64,000 bases of DNA from Octopus vulgaris (Eukaryota), in NCBI GenBank assembly GCA_951406725.2, contig OX597837.1, positions 6,448,001-6,512,000 of the forward strand, in the 5' to 3' direction. The notes under the pieces are model-generated. The model was not told where the DNA came from. It saw nothing but the letters and a program-made list of their open reading frames with translations, and made no database searches. The translations under genes and the position numbers were made by a program. Shown here piece by piece: positions 1 through 14,195 of this stretch. Every line of letters begins with the position of its first letter. Position 1 is the stretch's first letter.

Positions 1-379
1 GTAACTATATAAATTAAGTCTTTTTTTTACTCCACTTATTGAAACAGCTGTAGAGAACAATTAAATCATGAATCATAAGTGAAATTTATGCTATTCTACG
101 TATTTTATTATTAACTCTGTCTTACTATATAGTAACTCTATCTCACTATATTTTTAACTGATTTTTCACAATTTTCCACAATTTCCATTTTCTTTCTACT
201 TTTTCTTTATAATTCTCTGTCAGTTTCGAAATCTATTTTGTATTGATGTCTTTGTCAAACGAAAATAGTTCGTGTTTTGTATCTACTTTTAGAAATGTTA
301 CATTATTCTTTACCAGATAATTTTCTATTCCAACACATGATATTATGTAATCAATTTCTTTTTGCACACATTTCATCCC

Positions 380-560
380 GCCACGTTATTTTCAATAAAT
401 ACATCCTGTCTATGTCAGATATTTTAAGGGAGGTGTATTCTAGATGTGGTCATTATGATTCTTATTTGTTTTTCTGTCTAGTCTTGCTAATCCATTTACC
501 GTCCAGCTGAGAATGGTGTAGCTGGTACTTATTACTAGGAGAGCTACAATATTACAGCCT
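380..560 (-). mobile_element. Old, frameshifted R4/Dong-like retrotransposon fragment (post-RT region)
   Basis: Manual minus-strand translation across frameshifts gives NIVALLVISTSYTILSWTVNGLARLDRKT / IRIIMTTSRIHLP / KISDIDRMYL. This is colinear with NALTIPVVTYSFNIVNWSITEICHLDR*IRKLLTMHRMHHPKADTERLYL of the neighbouring element. Confidence 0.6.
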
Positions 561-597
561 TATATATACAGTTTTGGATTTATTATTATTATTAATC

Positions 598-2077
598 TAT
601 GTTTGACTTTTGCTTTATGTTTGTACAAGTTGGCTCCAAGTCTCACCCAGAGACCTCAAGAGACAACAGGTTGGAAGTTCACGTTGTTGTTATGCCTAGT
701 GTGCCATATATTTGGGGTTTTTTTCGTGTTGTACTAGTGAATGTCTAATAAATAAATTTAAAAAAAGTTTGTTTTAAACCTTGGGATTACATAAAGAGTA
801 TATTGCGTAGGATATGAGCAGTTCCCACGAGCACTATCTTTTGAATTTCTGCCATTTTTGGGTTTCCTGGTATCTGAGTTAGGTGGCAATCAGCCCCTTT
901 TGCTATCATTCCCAGGGTACCTATGACAACAGGTATTGTATTAGTCTTTAGGTTCCACATTTTGCTGATTTCTATTTCAAAATCTTTATATTTGCTCAGT
1001 TTTTGGTAGGTCTTGACAGATACGTTTATATCGATTGGGACAGTCATATCAATGAGGAGGCATGTTCTTTGTCTGAAGTCTTTCAATATGATGTCTGGCC
1101 TATTTGCATCTATCTTTCTGTCAGTTTGAATGGTGAAGTTCCAGAGGAGTGAGATGTGATCATTTTCAAGCACTGGAGGTGGTTTGTGTTCCCACCAGTT
1201 TTTATCATGGGGCAAATCCAGGTTTTTGGAAATTACCCAGTGAATATATTTTGCAGCTCTATCATGCCTATTGAGGTACTCTGTAGGCGCTAGAAGACTG
1301 CACTTGGAGACAACATGATCAATGGTTTCATTTTGTTGCCGACATACACGACATGTTGGGCTACTGCCGTTCTTTAATATGTTGGCCTGGTAGTTTCTTG
1401 TTGGTAGGCATTGATCTTGAGCTGCTATGATAAACCCTTCTGTTTCAGATTTTAAGCCAGCGGCCATTAGCCATTGATGGGTCAGGGCTTTGTCAATATC
1501 TGCATTATTCGCTCTCTTTGGGTATTTGCCATAGAGAGGTTTTTCTTGCCATTTATTATTCAGAATATCTAAGGCCGCAGTTTTGGCACGGGTTTTCATG
1601 AGCTTAGCTTTTTCTGTGCTTGTTTCTTGTATGTCAATCTCTAATTCCGAAATTTGTTGTATTCGGAATTCACTTAGATATTCCTTTGTCTGTTTTGTTA
1701 CTGAGTATGATGCTTTCTTGTTTTCATGTTTTGAGCCAAGTTTTAACATCCAGTCCTCAGACTTTTTCAGGTAGGTGTCTAGGCCAATTGTAGCAATCTT
1801 CATTGTTATTGCCAGTTGTAAAAGTCCACGGCCTCCCTCTTTTCTTGGCAGATAAAGTCGTTCTGTATCTGCCTTAGGGTGGTGCATTCTATGCATTGTC
1901 AACAGTTTTCGTATTTATCTGTCGAGATGACATATTTCAGTAATTGACCAGTTAACGATATTGAAACTGTAAGTCACGACTGGTATGGTTAATGCATTGA
2001 TCGCTTCAATCCTGTTTCTTGCATTCAGCTCTGTCTTGAGTATTGCTCTCACTCTTCGATAACATTCTCTCCTGAGA
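598..2077 (-). mobile_element. 5'-truncated R4/Dong-clade non-LTR retrotransposon (CCHC zinc knuckle, restriction-like endonuclease, 3' UTR)
   Basis: ORF 787-1902 has RLYLPRKEGGRGL, CRVC..ETIDHVVSKC, RHD and RPDIILKD..CLLIDMT..K..KY. The same frame continues upstream to ~2075 past one in-frame TAA (1915-1917). The 3' UTR spans 598-786 and both ends abut (TAA)-type tracts. Confidence 0.9.
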
Positions 2078-2115
2078 ATTATTATTGTTGTTGTTGTTAT
2101 TATTATCATTATTAT

Positions 2116-2180
<65 letters not shown>

Positions 2181-2204
2181 TTATTATTATTATTATTATT
2201 ATTA

Positions 2205-2822
2205 TATGTTTGACTTTTGCTTTATATTTGTACAAGTTGGCTCCAATTCTCACCCGGAGACCTCAAGAGACAACAGGTTGGAAGTTCACGTTGTTGTTAT
2301 GCCTAGTGTGCCATATATTTGGTTTTTTATTTAGTGTTGTACTAATGAATGTCTAAAAAAAAAAGAATGTTTGTTTTAAACCTTGAGATTACATAGAAAG
2401 TATTTTGCATAGGATATGAGCAGTTCCCGTGAGCACTATCTTTTGAATTTCTGCCATTTGGGGATTCCTGGTATCTGAGTTAGGTATCAATCAGCCCCTT
2501 TTGCTATCATTCCCAGGGCACCTATGGCAATAGGCATTGTTTTAGTCTTTAGGTTCCACGTTTTGCTGATTTCTATTTTAAAATCTTTATATTTGCTCAG
2601 TTTTTGGTAGGTCTTGACAGATACGTTTATATCGATTGGGACAGTCATATCATTGAGGAGGCATGTTCTTTGTTTGAAGTATTTCAATATGATGTCTGGC
2701 CTATTTGCATTTATCTTTCTGTCAGTTTGAATGGTGAAGTTCCAGAGGAGTGAGATGTGGTCATTTTCAAGCACTGGAGGTGGTTTGTGTTCCCACCAGT
2801 TTTTTCATGGGGCAAATCCAGG

Positions 2823-2823
<1 letters not shown>
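2205..2823 (-). mobile_element. Second, shorter 5'-truncated copy of the same R4/Dong-like element
   Basis: Near-identical to 598-1222 (RLE domain plus 3' UTR), with a premature stop at 2487; flanked on both sides by (TTA)n. Confidence 0.9.
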
Positions 2824-2885
<62 letters not shown>

Positions 2886-2887
<2 letters not shown>

Positions 2888-3100
2888 GGCGACGAGCTGG
2901 CCGAATCGTTAGCACGCTGGGCGAATGCTTAGCGGTATTTCGTCTGCCGTTACGTTCCGAGTTCAAATACCACCGAGGTCGACTTTGTCTTTCATCCTTT
3001 CGGAGTCGATGAAATAAGTACCTGTTACGCACTAGATTCGATTTAATCGACTAACCCACTTCCCCACAAATTTTCAAGACCTTGTGCCTAGATTAGAAAT
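2886..3100 (+). mobile_element. tRNA-derived SINE, group B
   Basis: Head aaggcgacgagctggccgaatcgttagc, B-box-like gagttcaaatac, body gaggtcgactttg..catcctttcgg; homologous to many copies in the window. Confidence 0.75.
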
Positions 3101-3110
3101 AATAATAATG

Positions 3111-3173
<63 letters not shown>

Positions 3174-3229
3174 CTCCCAATTGATGTATCAATACCAGCA
3201 GATGACAACGTGTCTATAAAAGAAATGGA

Positions 3230-3284
3230 GACCAAAGCCTTCTGAGTAGATTTGGTAGACGGAAACTGAAAGAAGCCCGTCGTG

Positions 3285-3355
<71 letters not shown>

Positions 3356-3585
3356 ATGTTTGTGTATGTATATCTTTGTGTGTCTGTGTTTGTCCCCACA
3401 ACATCGCTTCGCAATCGATGCTGGTGTGTTTACGTCCCCGTAACTTAGCGGTTCGGCAAAATAGCCGATGGAATAAGTACTAGGTTTCCAAAGATTAAGT
3501 CCTGGGGTCGATTTACTCGACTAAAGGCGCTGCTCCAGCATGGCCACAGTCAAATGACTGAAACAAGTAAAAGAGTAAAAGAGAG
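3230..3585 (+). mobile_element. tRNA-derived SINE, group A (octopus OK/OR-like), 5'-truncated
   Basis: ggtagacggaaactgaaagaagcccgtcg, internal (TA)n(TG)n, and tail ctccagcatggccacagtcaaatgactgaaacaagtaaaagag shared with other copies. Confidence 0.8.
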
Positions 3586-3776
3586 AGTTATCTATGTTCC
3601 ACAGGCATAACGAAAAAACAAAATCAACAACTGTTGCTAAAACTATGATATTATAAGAACCAGATCCTTGTGCGTTTAGGCTGACATTATGTGTAAGACC
3701 ACACTCACACAAAACAAAAAAAATCAGATTCAACACCTGTTGCAGTAATTGTCTGAGAGTCAATTGTTCTACTCCC

Positions 3777-4245
3777 GGATTTTTTCGGTTTGAACGGCAG
3801 TTTTTTCTAGCGGTGTCATATGAAATTGTCACCCATAATTATGACCCTAGTATCGATCTATTGCATTTCAATCTGTTTTAGGGTTAGGATTAGGGTTACT
3901 TATAGTTAGTCAGGGTTAGGGTTAGGATTAGGGTTAGGGTTAGGGGTGGGGGAGGGGTATCTTTTTTTCTTCACAAAGGTAAATAAACCCAATCAGTTTC
4001 TTAAACGAGGGACATATTCATACGGCACAGAATGTTTATTTTTACCTCAATAGACGTCAGTGATTGGTTGAAATTGTAGAAATGGAAGAAAAAATCCAAC
4101 AAATATCTTACAAACTATACGCTTTTCTCAATAAAGCCAAGAGAAAAAGATGTTTTATAAACACATTCTACCAGTATACGAAGTTTAAAATCTTTTAGCT
4201 ACCTAGAAATTATGTTAAAATCTACCGTTCAAACCGAAAAGATCC
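3777..4245. mobile_element. Non-autonomous TIR element with internal telomere-like repeat
   Basis: 29-bp TIRs (3777-3805 / 4217-4245, 3 mismatches); flanking 15-bp direct repeat aattg(t/g)tctactccc at 3762-3776 and 4246-4260. Confidence 0.75.
3878..3945 (+). repeat. Degenerate (TTAGGG)n tract inside the TIR element
   Basis: ttagggttaggattagggtta...agggttagggttaggattagggttagggttagggg. Confidence 0.85.
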
Positions 4246-4797
4246 AATTGGTCTACTCCCTACTCAATTTACGACAAAAGATCAGTTATACTCATCGCAT
4301 TCGGATTCTGTTCACAAATATACATCACCACACACGGCTACTTTTACGCTTGCGTCCACAAACAACTCCTCGCTAACATTCCCCATTTCAGAGATTTCAA
4401 TTTACTAGGCAAAATAGATTGAATTTATTTTACTACTAGTGGGCAGCTTGCCAGTATTGATCGGGGTTTTACTGGGCGAAATGCCAAGCTTGGTAGCTAG
4501 GAGTAGCACTGACAGCACTATATTATTATATTTTTATAATTACATATTTATTATTAGTACTGTCACATCAGAAGAGAAGTCTGGTTGGTTTCTTTTGAAT
4601 TTTCTTCTCCTAAATATGACGGTTCCCTGCAGGCATTCATTTTTACCGAACTTAAACCGTATAAAGTAAGTCAGAAGTTATATTTCTTTGCTAAAGAGAC
4701 GGAAATAAATTGTTAGCGATGTCAAACAGTTCAAACAACAAAGTATATTAATTTATTTTTATTATGATTGTTTTTATTACTGTTGTTATTATAATTA

Positions 4798-4859
<62 letters not shown>

Positions 4860-5199
4860 GTTGTTGTTGTTGTTGTTGTTGTTGTTTTTGTGATTTTTGT
4901 TGTTGTTAGCATTATTGATTTTTAAAACAATGTTATTATTTCACTTTTTATTGTCGTTGTTGTGTTGTTAATTTTATCATCGTGATCATCGTCATAATCC
5001 TCCTCCTCCTCCTCATCATCATCATCATCAACATCATCATCAACATCATCGTCGTCGTCGTCGACGTCGTCATCACCATTATCATCATCATCATCATAGG
5101 GAAACAAACTGAAAGCAATGTTGCCACTTCGGATAAAATGTTTTTGCGGCACTTCACCGGTCTTTACATTTTGTGGTCAAAAATCCGCTGAGATAATCT

Positions 5200-5400
5200 A
5201 CCTAAGATGAGGCACGGTACAATCCCTAATAAGGATAGAATTACTGAACAGAGACTTGATTAAGCAAATTGAAACGGAACGATGCAAATACCTTGGTGTA
5301 CTAGGGTGTAACGACATAAGGGAACGGAAAATGAAAGAGTAACTGAGGATGGAATATTTCCGAAGACCGAGGGTAGTGTTGCGCTCAAAATTGCCAGGAT
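5200..5400 (+). mobile_element. Decayed R4/Dong-like reverse transcriptase C-terminal fragment
   Basis: Plus-strand translation LIKQIETERCKYLGVLGCNDIRERKMKE*LRMEYFRRPRVVLRSKL contains the YKYLG-type motif followed by the EY.RR.R..L.S.L segment also seen at ~2040-2075. Confidence 0.65.
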
Positions 5401-5427
5401 TATATAGATATATATATATGTATGTGT

Positions 5428-5477
<50 letters not shown>

Positions 5478-5482
<5 letters not shown>

Positions 5483-5686
5483 TGTGTCTGTGTTTGTAGC
5501 CCAACATCGCTTGACAACCGATGCTGGTGTGTTTACGTCCCCGTAACTTAGCGGTTCGGCAAAAGTGACCGATAGAATAAGTACTAGGCTTACAAAGAAT
5601 AAGTCCTGGGGTCGATTTCTTCGACTGAAAGGCAGTACTCCAGCATGGCCACAGTCAAATGACTGAAACAAGTAAAAGAGTAAAAG
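5478..5686 (+). mobile_element. SINE group A, 3' half
   Basis: gacaaccgatgctggtgtgtttacgtccccg ... ccagcatggccacagtcaaatgactgaaacaagtaaaagag. Confidence 0.8.
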
Positions 5687-5876
5687 GAGTATTATTTTCA
5701 ATTTATTTAAATTGAAGCAAATACAATGCAAACCAGGGTAAACGGATAAAATAGTAACTAAAGGTTTAAAGGGATCCACATTACCACCTTGCATGTAACA
5801 TTTTAACCTGATTCATGTCCTAAGCTCTAGCTTAGTAACGACGCTACCTTTACCTAAATTCTTCGATATTTTTCAC

Positions 5877-6266
5877 AGGCGCAGGAGTGGCTGTGTGGTA
5901 AGTAGCTTGCTTACCAACCACATGGTCCCTGGTTCAGTCCAACTGCGTGGCATCTTGGGCAAATGTCTTCTGCTATAGTCCCGGGCCGACCAATGCCTTG
6001 TGAGTGGATTTGGTAGACGGAAACTGAAAGAAGCCCGTCGTATATATGTATACATATATATATATATATATATGTGCATATGTGTTTGTGTGTCTGTGTT
6101 TGTCCTCCTAGTATTGCTTGGCAACCGATACTGGTGTCAAGTACGATAGAATAAGTACTGGGCTTACAAAGAAAACGTCCCGTAGTCGATTTGCTCGACT
6201 AAAGGCGGTGCTCCAGCATGGCTGCAGTCAAATGACTGAAACAAGCAAAAGAGTAAAAGAAAGAGT
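5877..6266 (+). mobile_element. SINE group A, near full length
   Basis: tRNA-like head aggcgcaggagtggctgtgtggtaag..ggttcagtcc, central microsatellite and conserved tail. Confidence 0.85.
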
Positions 6267-6899
6267 AACAGTGCAATCCAAGAGAAATGAGTAACTAAAG
6301 AGTTAAAGAGATTTCAATTATAAAATTCCATTAAAATTCTATCAAGATTCATGTCCCAGGACCAGCTTTTTTTCTCTTAAATTATTCATTATTTCCAACA
6401 GTTGAAATGTGGTAACGGAAGGGTTAAAAGACTTCAACATCTTCCAGCCAGAGGGCAGAGAGGCAGGCATTAAAAATGTCTTTAAAAAGTAAATTGAGGA
6501 ACAAAAGATAGCTCGCTATGTTTGTTTTCCAACATTATGCTTGTTTTTCTAACAGTGGAATATATTACAGAGCCATCATATCATCGTATCTCGTCATCAT
6601 CTGCAGATCAGATCAGTCGATGTAGAAAAACAGAGAATGGTGGCCGACAACTTATATCAAGTTGGAAATCGATACCAAATATCTGATATACGTACACACA
6701 CACACACACAAACACACGCACACATGTGTTTGTGTAAACACATATGTACTTGTATATGGATATATACACAAATCCATGCATATAGATACATATATACACA
6801 CATCTACACATCCACGTATGTGTCTGTCTGTGTTTATGATACACAATCTTCGTCTCTTGGCGTCGATGGTATATATATGTACGTACTGATATATAGACG

Positions 6900-6931
<32 letters not shown>

Positions 6932-6979
6932 TGTATATATATATATAAATATATATATGTATGTATATGTATATATGTG

Positions 6980-7010
<31 letters not shown>

Positions 7011-7363
7011 CTATATATATATATATATATATGTAGGTACATGTATGAATTCGTGTGTTGGTATATGTATAAGCGTCTGTAATGTATGTACGTGTATACG
7101 CATTATGTCTCGTTGCCGGTGTATTCGTACGAGACGGAGACTCTCCGTTTCTTAGCATAACCGCGAATCTAATCCACTTAGAGTTTATTCCATAAATACA
7201 AGACAAATGAACTTTTCAAAAGCTATTTGAGGCAAATACAAATGACAATGGTATTTCTTATTTCAATTAATCAACAACACTTCCAGCTTCCAGCTACGGC
7301 TAATCTTTGTTTGTCATCGTGTCGGTAACGAACAAAAAGAAAACACATGTGCACAACAACAAC

Positions 7364-7414
<51 letters not shown>

Positions 7415-7558
7415 GCACACACATATATATATATAGATATATATATATAGATAGATATATATGTGTGAGTTTGCGTGCATGTGTGTGTGCGTGTGTGTCT
7501 GTCGGTCTATGGATATATATATACATAAACATATATATGTATGTATATGTATATGTAT

Positions 7559-7594
<36 letters not shown>

Positions 7595-8149
7595 ATATTC
7601 TGTTTATATGTACACATACACAAATACTTGCATATATGCATATATGCATACATTGATACATATATACATGCATACATACATGTATACATACATACATATA
7701 TATACACATATATACATATTTATATAATACATTGTCACAGATATATCCTATTCACCACAGCTCTTCTATCACCATCGATACCCATGTCTAGACATCTCGA
7801 CTACAATTCTTAGGTATACCTCCACCAACCCGAACTCAGAGACTATCCTCAAAACTTTACCAAACGACTTCCACTTCCACACATTCTGACTACAACACTA
7901 TCCCCAACTACGACACAAACACGAGCACTAGCACAATCAGCAATGGTAGAAATAATATCAACATCACTCACATTTTCACTGGAATCACCTTCACAGCATC
8001 CTATTCACCAACAGCAACATCAACATCTTCACCAACTCCAACACACCTACCACCATTGCCAACAACAACCACGGCCTTTTTTTACAGTAACAATGTCAGT
8101 GCAACGTGACCATCAAGGTTTGCTACACCCGTTTCAAAACGAACAACAA

Positions 8150-8570
8150 TAAATATCATCATCTTCATCATCGTCGTCGTCGTCGTTCTCATCATCATCA
8201 CCATCGTCATCACCATCGTCATCATCATCAGCACCACTACTGCCAAGATCAAGAACATCCTTAACACCACTAACACCACCACCACCACCACCACCACCAC
8301 CATAATCACCATCACCACTATCTCGACCAGCCATCACCACCAACACCATCACTACCCTCACCACCACTACCATCACCACCACCACCACTACCCTCACCAC
8401 CACCACTACCACCATCACCATTATCACAACCACCACCATAATCACCATCACCACCACTACCACCGCCACCACCACTACCACCGCCACCACCAGTACCACC
8501 GCCACCATCACCATCATCTCCACCCCCACCGCCTCCACCACCGCCGCAGCCACCACCACTACTATCAACA
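8150..8570. repeat. Compound (CAT)n/(CAC)n trinucleotide tract
   Basis: Direct reading; all frames give homopolymeric peptides. Confidence 0.9.
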
Positions 8571-8984
8571 ATATGATATATATATATCTCTGGCACCACT
8601 TACAACACCATCAACAGCAGTAACATCACAACAAACCACTGGTACCTTTGCCATTGCTGCAGGTCAACTACACAGACTTTATTCGTTCATTGAATTTACT
8701 GGAAAGAGCAGCCAAATACTTCTGAAATCTAACGAAGACATCTTAAGTAAAGAACACACTGGATAATATAATACCTGCTAACTTATACTTTCTCCCCATT
8801 TGCTTGTTACAGTCATGAAACTGCGGTCATACTGGAGCACCATCTCCAAGATTATAACTGTTCAAATCGATCGCAGTTTACTTATTGAAATATTGCTATT
8901 TATTCGGTCGAAGTCTTTTGGACGAGTTCATTCAGGCGGATTGATTTTTAGGGTATCAACGGTTCGATCCGATCCTTAGAAATG

Positions 8985-9385
8985 AAATAAGGGGCTGCAC
9001 ACAGAGGAGACAAACAGGGACAGACAAACGGACTAAGTCGATTATATTGACCCCAGTGCGTAACTGGTACTTATTTAATCGACCCCGAAAGAATGAAAGG
9101 CGAAGTTGACCTCGGCAGAATTTGAACTCAGAACGTAGCGGCAGACGAAATAGCTATTTCTTTACTACCCACAAGGTGCTAAACACTGAGAGGACAAACA
9201 AGGACAGACAAACGGATTAAGTCGATTATATCGACCCCAGTGCGAAACTGGTACTTTATTTATCAACTCCGAAAGGATGAAAGGCAAAGTCGACCTCGGC
9301 GGAATTTGAAATCAGAACGTAGCGACAGACGAAATACAGGTAAGCATTTCACCCGGCGCGCTAACGTTTCTGCCAGCTCGCCGCA
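8985..9385 (-). mobile_element. SINE group B with tandemly duplicated ~180-bp body
   Basis: Two successive copies of gacaaacaaggacagacaaacggattaagtcgatt..gacctcggcggaatttgaactcagaacgt; head ends at gccagctcgccgc (~9384). Confidence 0.8.
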
Positions 9386-10791
9386 CGACAGGTATGCGAC
9401 TGGAATGTCACAGGAATAAATCGTAAAACAGTTTCGTGAAGCCAAGTTAGTAGGTAGGTTGCCTAATGTCAAACCGAGAACCAAATGGTTGGATAACTTC
9501 TATAGTCTCACTTGGTCACTATAGAACACTATAGAACACTATAGAAGAGATGCATGGGGACTCTACCATTACAATTCTCACAGGAGCCGTAGATAGAGAA
9601 AATGGATGGATGAACTATTTATGTGTTTGGGAAATATTCGGCCACTTGCGCTATAGAACAAAATGTATTTTAATTCAAACGGACCGACTCGCCATGCATT
9701 ATTTCACGCTAATCCTGATTCTGTTTGAGAGTAACATTAATTGACCAAGTAACCGTGGAATACTCAGCCATTTAGTGTATAATACGAGGTGACGTGTTAT
9801 ATTAAACCGGAACCCGACCTTGTCCATTTTCTCTGTCCTTGTGGTTTTGTTAAAAATTTACATTTAGAGGAAAAGCGCCCAGGGAATATTCACGTTAATT
9901 AGATGGGCATGTAGCTCTCTTTAGCCAAACAATACGAGTGGATGATTGGGTGTGGAGTCCACGTCGCCCATCGACGAGGATTTTGTAATTCGCTAAATAG
10001 AATTACTTGCTCTTGAAATGGCAGATATATGCCATTAACAGCATGAAAGAGTGTGGAAAGGGTGGACAAGCCATACAAAAATATTCCTCCTTGATTCAAT
10101 CTGCCCACCCAATTTTATTCAAAAGGTACAGTTCCAGTAGGGAATGAAGAAACTGACGTTTGCCTAAGATGCGAAGCAATGGGATCGAAGCAGAGAGCTC
10201 GACGTTGCGAAGCGATCTTCTTAACCATTCGGTCAATCGTCGCTTAGATAAAATCACAACAGGAAAAATTCATCGTCGATAAAGACGGAAAGCCGCTTTC
10301 TCATTTTATGTATGCATGAATCTATGTTCATATGAAAATCGGCTGCACTTTTGTTAACCTTATATAACAAAAGACGAAATCGCTACGTCAATAATAAGAA
10401 AAACCTCGAAGCGGAACGGCGAGCGATGTCTTAGCTGATCTGTTTGCTCCGGCTTACGTTGATAGATATGTGTATGTCCGTGTATCAGTGTACGTATGTA
10501 TATACATATATATGTATATGGCTGTGTGTACGTGCATACAGGTGTATGTGAGTGTGTGTGTGTGTGTACGTATATGTATGCATTCCTGATGGTGGAGTGC
10601 ATTAATTTAGGCTTGTAATCTTATAACAGTTCTTATGTGTTATGTGTATCTGGACGTGTCGATCTGTCTATATATACATACATACATACATATATATATA
10701 TATGTGCGTGTGTGTGTGTGTAAATACATATATATATATATATATACATATATGTATATGTACATATATATATATACGTATATGTATATGT

Positions 10792-10860
<69 letters not shown>

Positions 10861-11499
10861 TATACATGCATATGTGTGTGTGCTTACCTATGTGTTTGTT
10901 TGTAAGCGTATGTAGGTTTTTGAAACTGTCCGAGTAGTGTATATGCGTATTCATGTTTGTGAGTGTACGCTTAATCAGGACGGATATGTAGCAAATAGGT
11001 ACGAAATCACCAATAAGTATGCGTGCGCTCGACGTGTTAATATGTGTGTATAAGTGCGTGCATTTATGTATACGCATATATACATGCATATATATACACA
11101 CACAGATATATACACACACACATACATGCCTATATACATATATTTAAATATATATATGTTTGTATGTATATTTATATATACATATATATATATATTATAT
11201 ATCTATTCACACACATACACTCTCTCACTCATACATACATATATACTTACATACATATATATGTCTGCATGTATATATATATATATATGTACATATTATA
11301 TTATATATCTATTCACACACACACACACACACACTCACACACACACACTACCTCACTCACTCACACACATATATGATTGTGTATTCGCATATTTAGATGA
11401 GTACAGTTACGTGTACAGGTATGTGTGTTTCGTGTTTGTTCGCGAACGCCTATTCAAGTTAGAAATTTAAACTACTTATTATACAGGCAGAATAAATGC

Positions 11500-11561
<62 letters not shown>

Positions 11562-11879
11562 TTGTGTATGTGTGTGTGTAATAAGTGTCTTCAGGTTAGT
11601 GGCAAAATTTGTTATGTAGTAACAATGGTTATAGTGATACGATAACGAATAACAGAGTAACACTAATGTGATTAATAATACAAGTAGTCCCTGGTGTACT
11701 TGGCTTCCTGTATCTGCCATAAGGACGATAAAAAGTAGAACATTACTGATACTACCAAGACAAAAGAAATTCTACCTCGCGACAAGGAAATACGGAGAAT
11801 TTTTGCATCAGAATTAGTTTTCTATATATCAAGTATCCTAAAAAAAATGTTCGGCCAAATTATGCATTATAGGAAAAGC

Positions 11880-12580
11880 GACTACAATCAATGGATTATA
11901 TATTACTGAAATATTTAAATGTTCTTTTATATTTGTGAGAACATTTGAATGTGAAATTACTTTTAAAATTCAATAATATTTATTTAGAAGTAATTATATA
12001 ACATATTTCCCTCAATGAAATCTATTATATATTTAAAATTACCACTATAGTACAATGGTGCGTAACTGATTATGAACCACTGTAAATTATAGTTAATATT
12101 CCTGTCTTTCAACTCCCAAGTGTATTTACTAAGATTCATTGAATTACATTTCTTTCTATACTTAAATGAATAAGAATGATTATGTAATCTAGATTTCCAA
12201 ATATTAGCAGAATAACCTATGTAATAATACGTTCGATCCGCTGTTATGGCTTTATATTGATGCACTATATTCTTCCTTAAACATCGATGTTCTGAAGAAC
12301 AGCTAATTTTATTTTTGAAATTACACTTGTACTTAGCATTGATGGTTGAAAGAATTTATACTAATCTTCCTCTCAGAAGTAGATGTCAGGATTATTAGCA
12401 GTATTATAATAGATATTATTATTAGTCTTATCTTAACGGTATCATCAATTTCACCGTCGGAATTACTTTTACATAAAGCATCAAACTTTAGTTCAAGAAA
12501 ATTATCACTAGAGTTAATTCCACAATCCACACGATTTGTTCTACTCGAGTTTACTAATTCTGAGTTGAGATACTGCTTAA
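11880..12580 (-). mobile_element. Penelope-like element fragment (Cys-rich linker plus GIY-YIG endonuclease), decayed
   Basis: Minus strand reads KCNFKNKISCSSEHRCLRKNIVHQYKAITADRTYYYIG..KSRLHNHSYSF..LSKYTWELKDRNINYNLQW, with YIG, R...H..SF and LSKY.W.LK motifs typical of the PLE endonuclease. Confidence 0.8.
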
Positions 12581-13126
12581 TTTATCTATCGTTTATATTT
12601 ATGTATATATGTATTTATGTGTGTGTGTATGTATATATTGATATATGTTTATCGCAGCGTTAAAATGGCGATAAAACTACCTCTTGGTTCGTAAACTGCT
12701 TCTATCTCGAACAGAGATGTTCTAACGGACTAGTTTCCCAGTTATGTGACACTATACATTCTATACACTGCAAGTGAATTTAGACTTATGCCGTGCCTGG
12801 AAAACGAGTGACTACCACTGAAGTGTTCCAATGAGATCGAAATGACCTGATTTGGTTGTCTCTGAGCTAGAGTTGCAACCTCCCGCTTGCAATGAATATC
12901 ATGAAGGAAAGTGCACTGAATAACCAGCAGGAGGAAATGCATTCCTATGGATAAAACAGCAACATTGTTATCTCATAGAGAACAGCCATGTTGAATTGGC
13001 GATATACACTACTGTATTTATATATGCGTGTGTTTGCATGGTATGTATATATTTATGTGTACCTACATAATTGTGTAGCTATAAATATATATATTATGTA
13101 TATATATATTATGTATGTATATATAA

Positions 13127-13179
<53 letters not shown>

Positions 13180-13243
13180 TACGCATATATATTATTCATA
13201 TATACATATATATATATATATACATATATATGCATATATATTA

Positions 13244-13285
<42 letters not shown>

Positions 13286-13295
13286 CATACATACA

Positions 13296-13327
<32 letters not shown>

Positions 13328-14013
13328 AACATACATACATATATATATATTATATATATATATATATGGATTTGTACTGATAATAACAAGAAGAACGACA
13401 CCAATAAATATATCAGCTACAATGTCCTCGCCAAGAATTGAGGTGTCAATTTGTGGGAAGAATTTGCGATCTCTCATAAGATCATAAATCTCTTACTTTA
13501 ACGAACAAGCAACGAATGACTGAAGTTACCTCTCTTGTCTTAGGAATATCATAAACGGAATGTCTACACATCCATATATTCCACATACGGATTCTGCTGC
13601 TGAAAAATATATTCAAAAGTTGGACGACGCAACATCACCGTAACCCGGATCTTGTTAGTCAAATAGTTTTTCTTTTTCTGCAAAGTATATTCATGTCGGA
13701 ACTCACCTAAAATGTATATACTGACAACTGCTTCTTTACATGTTCCCTTTTCTATCTCTCATTTTCCCTTAATTCATAAGCGTCAGACTGGTATTACTTG
13801 CACGTGTACTAATATATTTTCGTTTAAATCATAATAGGAAAAATTATTATTAAATTATAATACGAAAATATTTATTTTGAGAATATATATATATATTAAG
13901 TATATCTATCTAGCTACATATCAATCTACGTGTATTTATGTGTGTGTATGTATATGAATATGGATATCAATGTATGTATCTGTCTATGTATTTTACCCCC
14001 ACCTCTCTCTCTC

Positions 14014-14045
<32 letters not shown>

Positions 14046-14146
14046 CGTATATACATATATATATACATATACATACATACATAAATATATTTATATATAT
14101 TTATATATATATATATATACATAAATATATACACACACATAAATAC

Positions 14147-14195
<49 letters not shown>

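Noticed and set aside
3878-3945. True telomere or chromosome fusion scar
   Set aside because: Short, degenerate and enclosed by TIRs.
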